Below, one piece after another: positions 28,018 to 36,043 of a stretch of 64,000 bases of DNA. Each line of letters begins with the position of its first letter. The stretch's first letter is position 1. The notes beneath the pieces are model-generated. The model was not told where the DNA came from, did not search any database, and saw nothing but the letters and a program-made list of their open reading frames with translations. This stretch comes from Leptonemataceae bacterium. Lineage in GTDB: Bacteria > Spirochaetota > Leptospiria > Leptospirales > Leptonemataceae. Where the stretch lies: assembly GCA_965227295.1 (NCBI GenBank), contig OZ245742.1, forward strand, positions 4,192,001 to 4,256,000. The letters run 5' to 3'. A program made the position numbers and the translations under genes.

Positions 28018-28050
28018 AGTCTTCGCTCCTGAGTTATGTTCGCCGTACAT

Positions 28051-28641
28051 TTACGCGGCGTAATAGTCGTAGTAATCGCCGGGGTCGTCGTCTCCGTGTA
28101 AGAGTTCGTCGAGTTCCGCCGCCTTCTCATGGCGATACACGGGATCGCCCCGCATTTCGTAATCGTCTTCCGGCATGGGCAGCGCTCCGCTCTCTTCCTC
28201 ACGCAAAGCCTCCAGCATTTCGCGGCGCTGGTCGCCGTCCGCCAGCGCCCACGCGAGCGCGAGCATTTGCCGGGGGTCCTGGATTTCGGCCTGGGCTGCG
28301 GGCGGCCCGGCCAGCTGGCCGGTAGCGCTGGCAACGGCGGGAAAGCCCATCGCCGAGAACCCGCGCGGCAGACCATAGGCCAGCGTACCGATGAAGACAC
28401 CCGCGATAGCCGGGGCAATCCAGGCATTGTCTTTGTAGGTCTTCGAGTCCAGCCGGTCGCCGATCAAAAGCGCCCCGACACCCAGGGCCGTAGCCAGACC
28501 GGGCCGGACCCAGGGCGTTAGCTTGCTGCCCTCTAAGAATTCCTCGCCGATCTTGCCGAGACTGTGCGTGAGCCACATACCGCCGAGAGCCGCGCCGCCC
28601 GCCATGACCAGGCCGAGTTTGTTCGTCTGTACATCACACAT
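28051..28641 (-). CDS. Membrane protein with three Gly/Ala-rich hydrophobic segments and an acidic tail
   Basis: LGLVMAGGAALGGMWL, GLATALGVGALLIG, WIAPAIAGVFIGTLAYG; D/E/Y-rich C-terminus. Confidence 0.7.
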   Translation of the reverse strand: MCDVQTNKLGLVMAGGAALGGMWLTHSLGKIGEEFLEGSKLTPWVRPGLATALGVGALLIGDRLDSKTYKDNAWIAPAIAGVFIGTLAYGLPRGFSAMGFPAVASATGQLAGPPAAQAEIQDPRQMLALAWALADGDQRREMLEALREEESGALPMPEDDYEMRGDPVYRHEKAAELDELLHGDDDPGDYYDYYAA

Positions 28642-28642
28642 T

Positions 28643-28894
28643 TCATCGCCTCCGGGCTTTCGCCTTTTTCTTCGCTTTCTTCTTCGCGCGTTTCTTCGTG
28701 GTCTTCTTACGCGCTTTCTTCCTGGCCTTTTTCTTGACTTTCTTCTTCGTCTTCTTTTTGACCTTCTTCTTAACTTTCTTTTTCTTCTTTTTAGCGCCCG
28801 CCTGGGCCGCTTTCTTGATGGCGTTAAATTTACTTTCGGTCATGCACACCTGCTTTTTGCGTATGCCGGAACTGAATAGACTTCCTAACATCAT
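28643..28894 (-). CDS. Lysine-rich histone H1/protamine-like protein
   Basis: KKKKKKVKKKVKKKTKKKVKKKARKKARKKTTKKRAKKKAKKKAKARRR; fits exactly between coupled neighbours. Confidence 0.8.
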   Translation of the reverse strand: MMLGSLFSSGIRKKQVCMTESKFNAIKKAAQAGAKKKKKKVKKKVKKKTKKKVKKKARKKARKKTTKKRAKKKAKKKAKARRR

Positions 28895-28902
28895 CGTACT
28901 TC

Positions 28903-30318
28903 CTATTTGGATTTTCCCCGCATGGCGATGGCGAGCACGGCCACCCCGACCAGGGCCGCGCCGCCGATATAGACGGCGGTCTTAGGAATTCCGCCGATCG
29001 TGTCCGACGCCTTCGCCGGGGGCGGGGATTGCAGCATAACGCGCGGCATCCCACCCGGCCGGGGGGCCGGGGCCACGTAGACGCGCGGCCGGGCCACCGG
29101 CGCGGGACGCGGAGCCGGGCGCGGTGCGGGCCGGGGCCGCGCGAACTGTAACGCCGTCCTAAGCAGCTGCTGGCGTTCGCGGGCCTTGCGGGCCGCATCG
29201 GCCCGGCGTTTCGCGCTCATTTGCTGCGCGATTTGCAGCGGATTGATTTTGCCGATGAGCGAACCGATGCCACCGCCGGAGGCGAGGCCGGGCAATAGCG
29301 ACGAAAGACCGCCCGCCGCCCCGGCCGCGCCGGTGATGCCCGGCACCACCGCGGCGAGCGCGGGCAGAAAGCCCAGCTCGCCCGCCAGCGTCCCGGCGGC
29401 GAAACCGTAGAGCGCCGCCGCGCCGGGATCGTCGTAATAATAGCTCTGTTGCCCGTAGCCCGTATCCGCGTAGGGATCGCTGTAATACGGGTCTTTTGCG
29501 GCGTAGGAATCGGCGTACGCGTCGCCGTAGGGATCTTCCGCGTACGGATCGTATCCGTACGGGTCTTCCGTCATCGCGTAAGGATCTTCAGCCATACCGT
29601 ACGGGTCTTCGCCCATGCCGTAAGGATCTTCCGCCGCGTACGGATCTTCGCCACCGCCGGGCATCATACCATCCGCGCCCGGCATCATCGACGTAGCGGC
29701 CTGGAGCACTTCGCCCGCGCCTTCCGCGATGCTCGAAACGAACTTGCCCGCGTCCTGGCCGATGTTTGATACAAACTTGCCGTAACCCTTCGCGGCGTGG
29801 CTTACGCCTTTACTCAGATCTTTAAAGCCCCGGGAAAGCGGTTTCGTTACGTGATTCAAGTTGACTTTCGGCAGCTTGAATTTGGGTAACTTGAATTTCG
29901 GAAGCCTGATTTTCGGTAACTTGAACTTAGGTAGTTTCAAATTCATTCGAAACTTGCCCAGGCCCTTAAACGCCTTCCCGAAATTGAACTTTGGGAGCCT
30001 CATCTTGAATCCTTTGAACTTGAACGCGTTTCCGAAGGACTTACCGAGAGAGAACCGGCCGAGTTCTGCGCCGGAGAGTTCGTCTGTAATGACCAGCGTA
30101 TCGGGAAACCAGGTGCCATCGATGGGCGTGTCATCGCCCGCCAGCGTCCACTGGTTCACGTCATCGACGACGTAGTCACCTTCTAACGATACCGCGACGT
30201 GCTCGGGCAGACCGTCGTAGAAATCGCCCCACATTTGCACGGCTTCGCCGTACAGTGTGTGCGTTTCATGGGCGCGTAAGTCGTCGCCGTGGAGTTCTAA
30301 GAGTGCAACCACGCGCAA
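28903..30318 (-). CDS. Modular low-complexity protein (KLPKF repeats, EDPY repeats, RPAP repeats, C-terminal TM)
   Basis: 471-aa ORF, TTG/GTG start, internal repeats visible in protein and DNA. Confidence 0.75.
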   Translation of the reverse strand: MRVVALLELHGDDLRAHETHTLYGEAVQMWGDFYDGLPEHVAVSLEGDYVVDDVNQWTLAGDDTPIDGTWFPDTLVITDELSGAELGRFSLGKSFGNAFKFKGFKMRLPKFNFGKAFKGLGKFRMNLKLPKFKLPKIRLPKFKLPKFKLPKVNLNHVTKPLSRGFKDLSKGVSHAAKGYGKFVSNIGQDAGKFVSSIAEGAGEVLQAATSMMPGADGMMPGGGEDPYAAEDPYGMGEDPYGMAEDPYAMTEDPYGYDPYAEDPYGDAYADSYAAKDPYYSDPYADTGYGQQSYYYDDPGAAALYGFAAGTLAGELGFLPALAAVVPGITGAAGAAGGLSSLLPGLASGGGIGSLIGKINPLQIAQQMSAKRRADAARKARERQQLLRTALQFARPRPAPRPAPRPAPVARPRVYVAPAPRPGGMPRVMLQSPPPAKASDTIGGIPKTAVYIGGAALVGVAVLAIAMRGKSK

Positions 30319-30419
30319 AAGTTAATACTATCGCGCGGGGTTTGTATAGCGGGAAATGGGTTAGTGTGTGGGGATTGGCCGCTACGTGTCCGGGTGGTGG
30401 CAGCAAAAACAATACTATT

Positions 30420-30815
30420 TTAGTGCCGGGGAAAGAACCGCCATTCTTGCTCTTGTCCTGAAGTATGCCGTGGTTGCTCTTGTACTTCACCGGGTTGCAC
30501 GAAATATGCACCGATTACATACGATGCAGCTACAGAAGAAAGAAAACCGACAATAAAACTAACCGTAAGCGATGCGAAATAGCCGATGGTCTTCTGCCAC
30601 CACTTCGGTTTAAACTCAGGAAGCCAAGTTACATTTCCGCATGACTGACACCTGACCCTTGAGCCCGCGTTGTGGTCTGTGATATTAAAAGTTGCCGAGC
30701 AATTGTCGTTTGGACACGGCATCACCCGGATGGTCTCAACCTGAGGAGAGCCCCCCACGATGTCAGGAATTATTGCGCCCATAAACAGTCTCCCTAACTT
30801 GCCTGAACTGTCCAA
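30420..30815 (-). CDS. Zinc-ribbon membrane protein
   Basis: CPNDNC...CQSC followed by a TM helix; AT-rich. Confidence 0.55.
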   Translation of the reverse strand: MDSSGKLGRLFMGAIIPDIVGGSPQVETIRVMPCPNDNCSATFNITDHNAGSRVRCQSCGNVTWLPEFKPKWWQKTIGYFASLTVSFIVGFLSSVAASYVIGAYFVQPGEVQEQPRHTSGQEQEWRFFPRH

Positions 30816-31300
30816 CGCTTAACTAGCCGATCGAAACCTGCGTAGACCTCCATGCCTCCGTGGTGTTCGCGCAGAAAGTGGATTATTGGCCCGTGACTCT
30901 TGTGTAATGAGAGCACGGCTCTTTGAAAGTATCTCGCGAGGACTTCCTCGTCGGCAGTTCGGTTTTCAATGGCCAGGGAAACCATTTCCAAATAATTGAG
31001 AACCTCCGTAGCGGCACGGTATGACCCTTTGTATGTTACTATCGCATCTGTGGGATCATTATTAAACGCTAGTAAGAAGAGCGGTTTTACTGACAGCTGT
31101 ACGCGTTCTATATACTCTGGCCCGGTCCATTGCCGGATGTAGTCCATAGCATTTTCTCGTTTCTGAAAGCGTAGATTCCTTCTATGTGCCACGATAAGGA
31201 CGCCGGGAATTAACAAGATGGACAATATTTGCGCAATCTGTATCGTCAGCTCGATCAAATCCATTCCAACCCCTCCCGAATATGCCTCAGTAAGTTTCAC
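30794..31300 (-). CDS. DUF4760-like membrane-anchored protein
   Basis: N-terminal TM; VLNYLEMVSLAIE...DEEVL..YF...F..L..RW; AT-rich. Confidence 0.6.
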   Translation of the reverse strand: MKLTEAYSGGVGMDLIELTIQIAQILSILLIPGVLIVAHRRNLRFQKRENAMDYIRQWTGPEYIERVQLSVKPLFLLAFNNDPTDAIVTYKGSYRAATEVLNYLEMVSLAIENRTADEEVLARYFQRAVLSLHKSHGPIIHFLREHHGGMEVYAGFDRLVKRWTVQAS

Positions 31301-31354
31301 ATTTTAGGCATTTCTAAGTAGGTCAAGCATCTTACGAGACTACCTTGACTTCAT

Positions 31355-31543
31355 TTAAGGGCTTTGCAGGGATTTTTCCTTCTTTATTCGACGAACGGTC
31401 CGTTCTGAAATATTTATTGAACCCATCCATGGAAAATCTGGGTCACCTCGTTTAAAGAAGGAAACAACGTCAGGAGCCTGCCAGCCTTGGCTAATTAGCT
31501 CCCTAATCTTTTGTCGCACAGGTTCAGGTATCCGCCGTCCCAT
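31355..31543 (-). CDS. Small helix-turn-helix protein
   Basis: RQKIRELISQGW...DVV...NISERTVRRIKK; GGAGG RBS. Confidence 0.7.
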   Translation of the reverse strand: MGRRIPEPVRQKIRELISQGWQAPDVVSFFKRGDPDFPWMGSINISERTVRRIKKEKSLQSP

Positions 31544-32018
31544 AAAAAACCCTCCGAAACTCTTCATCATACAGGCGCCCCCCAAACACACACCGATCAT
31601 CATACGTTGCATCGGTGGGCACCCAGGCCCCGCCTAACTCAATCTCAGGATAAACATGATGAGGCCCGGCCCCCGGCCGTGTGCCGACACACGCCAGCCG
31701 CGAGCGCAGTCCTTTCAAAAACGCAAACGCTAAAAGTAAGATGGCCTTGTCGTCACAATCCCGCGCAAACGGCCAGTCTGGCCGGACGGTGTAACGCGGG
31801 CGGGAAAGCATTTCCACGCCCGGCGGATCGGCGTGATACTTCAACCGCCGGACGTGGTTATAAAACTCCTCGAAAGACAGGTGAGCAAACGGGAGCAAAT
31901 CGGCGGCGTAGCGCCGCGCCATGTCGAACATACGCGCGACGGTAATTTCATACGACGCCAGGTCCTGCGTAAGCTTCGCCTGAATCGAAAGCAGGGTGTC
32001 ACGCAGGGAGTTAATCAG
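31524..32018 (-). CDS. Transglutaminase-like cysteine protease (start uncertain)
   Basis: Y..DP.G.E, RDCDDKAILL (Cys), HHVYPE (His), WVPTDAT (Asp). Confidence 0.8.
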   Translation of the reverse strand: MINSLRDTLLSIQAKLTQDLASYEITVARMFDMARRYAADLLPFAHLSFEEFYNHVRRLKYHADPPGVEMLSRPRYTVRPDWPFARDCDDKAILLLAFAFLKGLRSRLACVGTRPGAGPHHVYPEIELGGAWVPTDATYDDRCVFGGRLYDEEFRRVFYGTADT

Positions 32019-32301
32019 ACACCCCCGGCGCACGGCCCGGCTGGAAGATTTGCAGGCGGGCGAGACGTTCCCGCATCCGCGCGACGTGGTCAGAAATATC
32101 CCGGCCGGACAAGACCAGGCCGAAAGCGCGTTCCAGGTTAAACAGGATGGCTTCCACTTCCTGCACATCGCTCACGATGGTTTCCGCCGCTTCCGCGTAG
32201 TACTTCATAGCCCGTTCCAGGGCTTCGACGCGCTCCGCGAGATCTTCCGGCGCATCCCCGGCGACCGCCGCCGGAGTAGGCTGATTACTTGCATCATTCA
32301 T
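32011..32301 (-). CDS. Small helical hypothetical protein
   Basis: TAATG coupling to the upstream gene; amphipathic helices. Confidence 0.6.
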   Translation of the reverse strand: MNDASNQPTPAAVAGDAPEDLAERVEALERAMKYYAEAAETIVSDVQEVEAILFNLERAFGLVLSGRDISDHVARMRERLARLQIFQPGRAPGVSD

Positions 32302-33071
32302 TATACAGGCTCCTGACCGGCCGGAATCCCGGCGGGCGCACCCTGCGCCGCCGCCAACCCCTGGCCGCTAAGTATCTCTCGAATCGTTCCCAAATTACGC
32401 AGGACTTCGCCGCCCAGGTCCAGGCCCCGATAAAACATCCGTTCCCCGGGCGTCTGGTTCTCCGTGGACAGACGGTCAGACTGGCGTTTTAGATCGTGGT
32501 CGTGTTCCTCGTGCAACCGATCAATCCGCCGCTCATAAGACCGGCGCATCTCGTCCATATCTTCGCGGATCAAAGTCAGGCTGCGTTCATGGCCTCGCTG
32601 TAGATCCTCAAACATGGTGCGAAACGTGCCCTGCATCGATTCCATCATCATTTTCATGGAAGCGGTAGCGGCGTTGTCCCGGATCTTCTGCGCCTCATCC
32701 AGCTTGTGTTCCATCTTTTCCATGTAGGTAAAGGCACGATTGAGTACGGTCTGTTCGGTAGGATCGGGGAACGGAGAGAGCGCCGCCGCGCCCCCTCCGT
32801 TCTTCCCGTTCTTCGCGGCGGCGCTGTTGCCGTGCATCGGCCGCGTGACCTGGCCGGAGAAAACCCGCGTCCAGTCCTTATCCTTCTCGCCCCGGGCGAA
32901 CAGTTCCACGGTGTATTCCCCCGGCTCCAGGTCCGGCAGATCCGGGCTATGGAGTTCTACTGCGTCCATACCGGCGCGATGGATGCGCAAACGGTAACGC
33001 GCATCCTCGCCGTATTCCGATTTGATGCGCGACGCCTCTTTAAGAAATTGTTTGAGAGTAAACTTTAACAT
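32301..33071 (-). CDS. Hypothetical protein with beta N-terminus and long coiled coil
   Basis: AGGGAG RBS directly after the integrase; 256 aa. Confidence 0.65.
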   Translation of the reverse strand: MLKFTLKQFLKEASRIKSEYGEDARYRLRIHRAGMDAVELHSPDLPDLEPGEYTVELFARGEKDKDWTRVFSGQVTRPMHGNSAAAKNGKNGGGAAALSPFPDPTEQTVLNRAFTYMEKMEHKLDEAQKIRDNAATASMKMMMESMQGTFRTMFEDLQRGHERSLTLIREDMDEMRRSYERRIDRLHEEHDHDLKRQSDRLSTENQTPGERMFYRGLDLGGEVLRNLGTIREILSGQGLAAAQGAPAGIPAGQEPV

Positions 33072-33077
33072 GTTAAT

Positions 33078-34181
33078 TTAATCTCCCTTTTTCCTTTTGC
33101 TCATGTCTTTTTTCGCGTGAGGCCCCCGTGTCGATGACTTGCGTGAAACGTTAGAGCGGCGACGCCCCTTCTTTTGCTCCTCGCTGTACACCATTCGTCG
33201 TAGCTCTGCACAGGACGGGACGTCCGAAGCCTTTAAAGATCCTTGTTGATAAAACTGGATAAACGTTTGTACGTTTCGCCAGCCGCCGTGTTTCATGATG
33301 GCCGGGAGCATTTCCGGGGAGGCATTGTAGAACCATTGCGCAAACGCGTGCCTGAATTTGTGCGGGGAAAAGTGCGTCCCATGTCCAAATACTTTCCGGC
33401 ACGCCATTTTACAGCGGAATAAGGCGTGATGACGGTCAAACGGAGTCCCGTCTGTCTTCTCGAAGAGAAATACCTTGCCTTTGAAAACCTCGCGGATGCG
33501 TTTATAGACGTCGTAGCGCAATTCCCGCGTGTCGATGCTCCCCCCCTTTTGTCGGACGGTGTAGTAAATACCGCCGTCGGGCGTTAGGTGATCGGTATTG
33601 AAATCGGACAGTCGGAGGGAGCACAGTTCGCTGATGCGTAGGGCACTGAACAAAAGAAACTCGATCAGGGCGGAGTCGCGTTCCAGCGCTTCATCGATTA
33701 ACTGCATGACCTGTTTTAGCGTGGGGACGATGATTCGGGCCGGTACACGCTTGAGTGAGGTCCACTTCTTAAAGGTCCGGTCGATTGTGGTTTGCAGCGC
33801 GAAATCGAGATCGTATGCGTCCCCGTAGTAGCTGATAACGGCCCCCTTGAATTGAAACGCCACGTTACGGACTGTTTGGGGCTTGTAGCGCTTTAGATGC
33901 TCTTCCAGGTACGCTGTAATATCCTGCAAGGTCATCCCGTTCGGATGTTTGGCGTTAATTTTCCGGAGATTGGAGTTTTCCGCTTTTTTCCGGGTCAAAG
34001 GGAGCCGGGGAATCACCAAACCCGAATAGTAGTCTAGAAGATTCGTCGCGGAAAATGCACCGGCTGACGCGGGCGTGTCGGGATTCCGGACAATTTCCGG
34101 CCCCTTAAAATCCTTAAACTTTTTTCGTTTATATTGAATAAACGAAACAACATTTGATGTTTCCATACATACAGCGGACAT
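33078..34181 (-). CDS. Tyrosine recombinase/integrase
   Basis: SALRISEL (R), QKGG (K), PHKFRH (HxxR), KHGGW (H/W), TFIQFY (Y); adjacent to attR. Confidence 0.92.
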   Translation of the reverse strand: MSAVCMETSNVVSFIQYKRKKFKDFKGPEIVRNPDTPASAGAFSATNLLDYYSGLVIPRLPLTRKKAENSNLRKINAKHPNGMTLQDITAYLEEHLKRYKPQTVRNVAFQFKGAVISYYGDAYDLDFALQTTIDRTFKKWTSLKRVPARIIVPTLKQVMQLIDEALERDSALIEFLLFSALRISELCSLRLSDFNTDHLTPDGGIYYTVRQKGGSIDTRELRYDVYKRIREVFKGKVFLFEKTDGTPFDRHHALFRCKMACRKVFGHGTHFSPHKFRHAFAQWFYNASPEMLPAIMKHGGWRNVQTFIQFYQQGSLKASDVPSCAELRRMVYSEEQKKGRRRSNVSRKSSTRGPHAKKDMSKRKKGD

Positions 34182-34242
34182 ACTATTCCCCTGAAACCGG
34201 CAAGGGAAAAAACACTTGTCAGCCGCTTACTATATTTACTAG

Positions 34243-34372
34243 TTACGCAATTGCGGAGCCCGGAGTAGCCCGGCGCCCGGCCGGCGGAATTGAGCGACGC
34301 GCCTTGCGCGTCGTCGGGTTCACAAGTCGCTACGACCGCGACTTGTGCGCGGCCCGGCCGGGCGCAACGCCC
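34243..34372 (+). other. attR: element arm TTACGCAAT + core GCGGAGC (34253-34259) + 3' half of the REP-like repeat
   Basis: CCGGAGTAGCCCG after the core matches the intact repeat at 50089-50101; ends AACGCCCAAA like other copies. Confidence 0.8.
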
Positions 34373-34670
34373 AAAGAAATCTCACTGGTCCCCGCTTTCG
34401 AGTGACTTTTTCAGCAGCCTGCTAACGCAAGAATTGATAGTCTACAGTCGCTCCGTCATCCTTGAGCGGCCTTTTTAGCCGGCCCCTCCTGGTGCGCTAA
34501 GCCCACGGAGGGGCGCTGCACACCAGGACGTGTGGCCTGCGCCGTACGCGACTGATTCTCAATTTCGACGTGCCTGTGGTCCTGGCGGCATAATCTGGTG
34601 GATCGCACAAACGCCGTGCAGTTGATTAATGTCGGGTCATCTTCCACAGACTTGTACAAGGAGTAACAAC

Positions 34671-35042
34671 TTGAGCGAACTAACACGTAAAGATTTCATT
34701 CGCCGCTCGGCAGTCCTCGGCGCGGTCAGCGTCGGTGCGAGCGCCGTGCTGGCATACTGCGGTGGGCGTCCGCCGGCGGAAGACGAAGGTGAAGTCGCAT
34801 CCGAAGCCGGTTCCGCATGCAGCGATCTTTCCGGCCTCACCGACGCCGAAAAACAGCAGCGTCAGACCATGACGACGAACCTGAAGTACGTCGAAAAATC
34901 CGAAGTGGCGGGTCAGCAGTGCGACAACTGCCAGCTCTACAAGGTCCCCGAGGGCGGTTCCGCCTGCGGCGGCTGCCAGCTCTTCCCGGGACCGGTGGCC
35001 GCGGAAGGTCACTGCGCTTCGTGGGCCGCTAAAGCCGGCTGA
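34671..35042 (+). CDS. High-potential iron-sulfur protein (HiPIP) with Tat-like signal
   Basis: TRKDFIRR signal; LKYVE.S...CDNCQLY...GCQLFPG.V...GHC.SW; TTG start with AAGGAG. Confidence 0.88.
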   Translation: MSELTRKDFIRRSAVLGAVSVGASAVLAYCGGRPPAEDEGEVASEAGSACSDLSGLTDAEKQQRQTMTTNLKYVEKSEVAGQQCDNCQLYKVPEGGSACGGCQLFPGPVAAEGHCASWAAKAG

Positions 35043-35066
35043 TCACAGGTTAAGATTCAGAACGGC

Positions 35067-35102
35067 AACGGCCGCGTTCGGGAAACCGGCGCGGCCGTTT
35101 TT
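35067..35102 (+). terminator. Rho-independent terminator
   Basis: AACGGCCGCG...CGCGGCCGTT stem followed by a T run after HiPIP. Confidence 0.75.
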
Positions 35103-35160
35103 GTGTAATGAGCGGTGCGATCATCGGCGCGCTTCAAAGCCACAGCCTGAAGGAGTCTGC

Positions 35161-36006
35161 ATGAGCAAAAAAGCATCATCGAAAAAGAAAGTCCCGGCCA
35201 GGGGAAAGGAAACCGCGCGGAAGACCGCCGCGAAGAAGACCACCGCGCCCAAATCGGCACTGTTGATCGATGTCACGGCGGACAACGTCACGGAAACCGG
35301 CTTCTTCTGTATGATGAGCAAACCGAAGTCCCCGGGTTACCAACAAAAACTCGCCTGGTTGCAACAGCGCTTTCGCGAAGGCATGCGCATCAAAATGGCC
35401 GGCGGCGGCGGGCGGGCCTTCATCGAGTACATTCCCGGCGAGTACGCCTGGCGGCCGGTCGAAGCGAAGGGCTACTTCGTCATTCATTGCCTGTGGGTCG
35501 TCGGACAGAGCAAGGGCCGGGGCATCGCTCGCAGCCTGCTCAACGCCTGCATCGAGGACGCGCGGGCCTCCGGCGCGAAGGGTGTGGCCATGGTCACGAG
35601 CGAGGGCAACTGGTTGCTCGGCAAAAAGTTTCTCGAAACGCACGGCTTCACTTCCGTGGACCAGGCGCCGCCGTCCTTCGAACTGATGGTCCTGTCCTTC
35701 GGCAAAACTCCGCCCCCGCGCTTCAGTGGAAACTGGGAGAAGAAATGTAAACAATTCGGCCGCGGTCTTACGATCGTCCGCACGGATCAGTGCCCGTACT
35801 TAGAAGATGCGACCCGGAATTTCATCGGCGTCGCGGAAGCGCGTGGTATCCCGTCACGCGTGATGGACTTGAAGGACAGCAAGAGCATTCGCGAAAAATC
35901 CCCGAGCGCCTACGGGGTGTTTAACGCCGTACTGGACGGCAGGTTGCTGTCGTACTGTTACCTGACGCCGGCACAGATCGAGAAGGCATTGGACGCCTTA
36001 TCTTAG
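35161..36006 (+). CDS. GNAT acetyltransferase with YoaP-like domain
   Basis: FIEYIPGEYAWRPV, IHCLWV..KGRG, QCPY, PSAYGVF. Confidence 0.8.
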   Translation: MSKKASSKKKVPARGKETARKTAAKKTTAPKSALLIDVTADNVTETGFFCMMSKPKSPGYQQKLAWLQQRFREGMRIKMAGGGGRAFIEYIPGEYAWRPVEAKGYFVIHCLWVVGQSKGRGIARSLLNACIEDARASGAKGVAMVTSEGNWLLGKKFLETHGFTSVDQAPPSFELMVLSFGKTPPPRFSGNWEKKCKQFGRGLTIVRTDQCPYLEDATRNFIGVAEARGIPSRVMDLKDSKSIREKSPSAYGVFNAVLDGRLLSYCYLTPAQIEKALDALS

Positions 36007-36043
36007 CGGCGTATTGCGCTACGCCCTGAGAACCGGCACGATC

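Larger units (their letters stand above)
16433..34259. mobile_element. Integrated 17.8-kb provirus-like element (putative tailless, membrane-containing virus)
   Basis: Bounded by GCGGAGC direct repeats that split a REP-like repeat; tyrosine integrase at the right end; co-oriented, tightly coupled structural-like operon; CTAG sites seen only inside. Confidence 0.85.
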
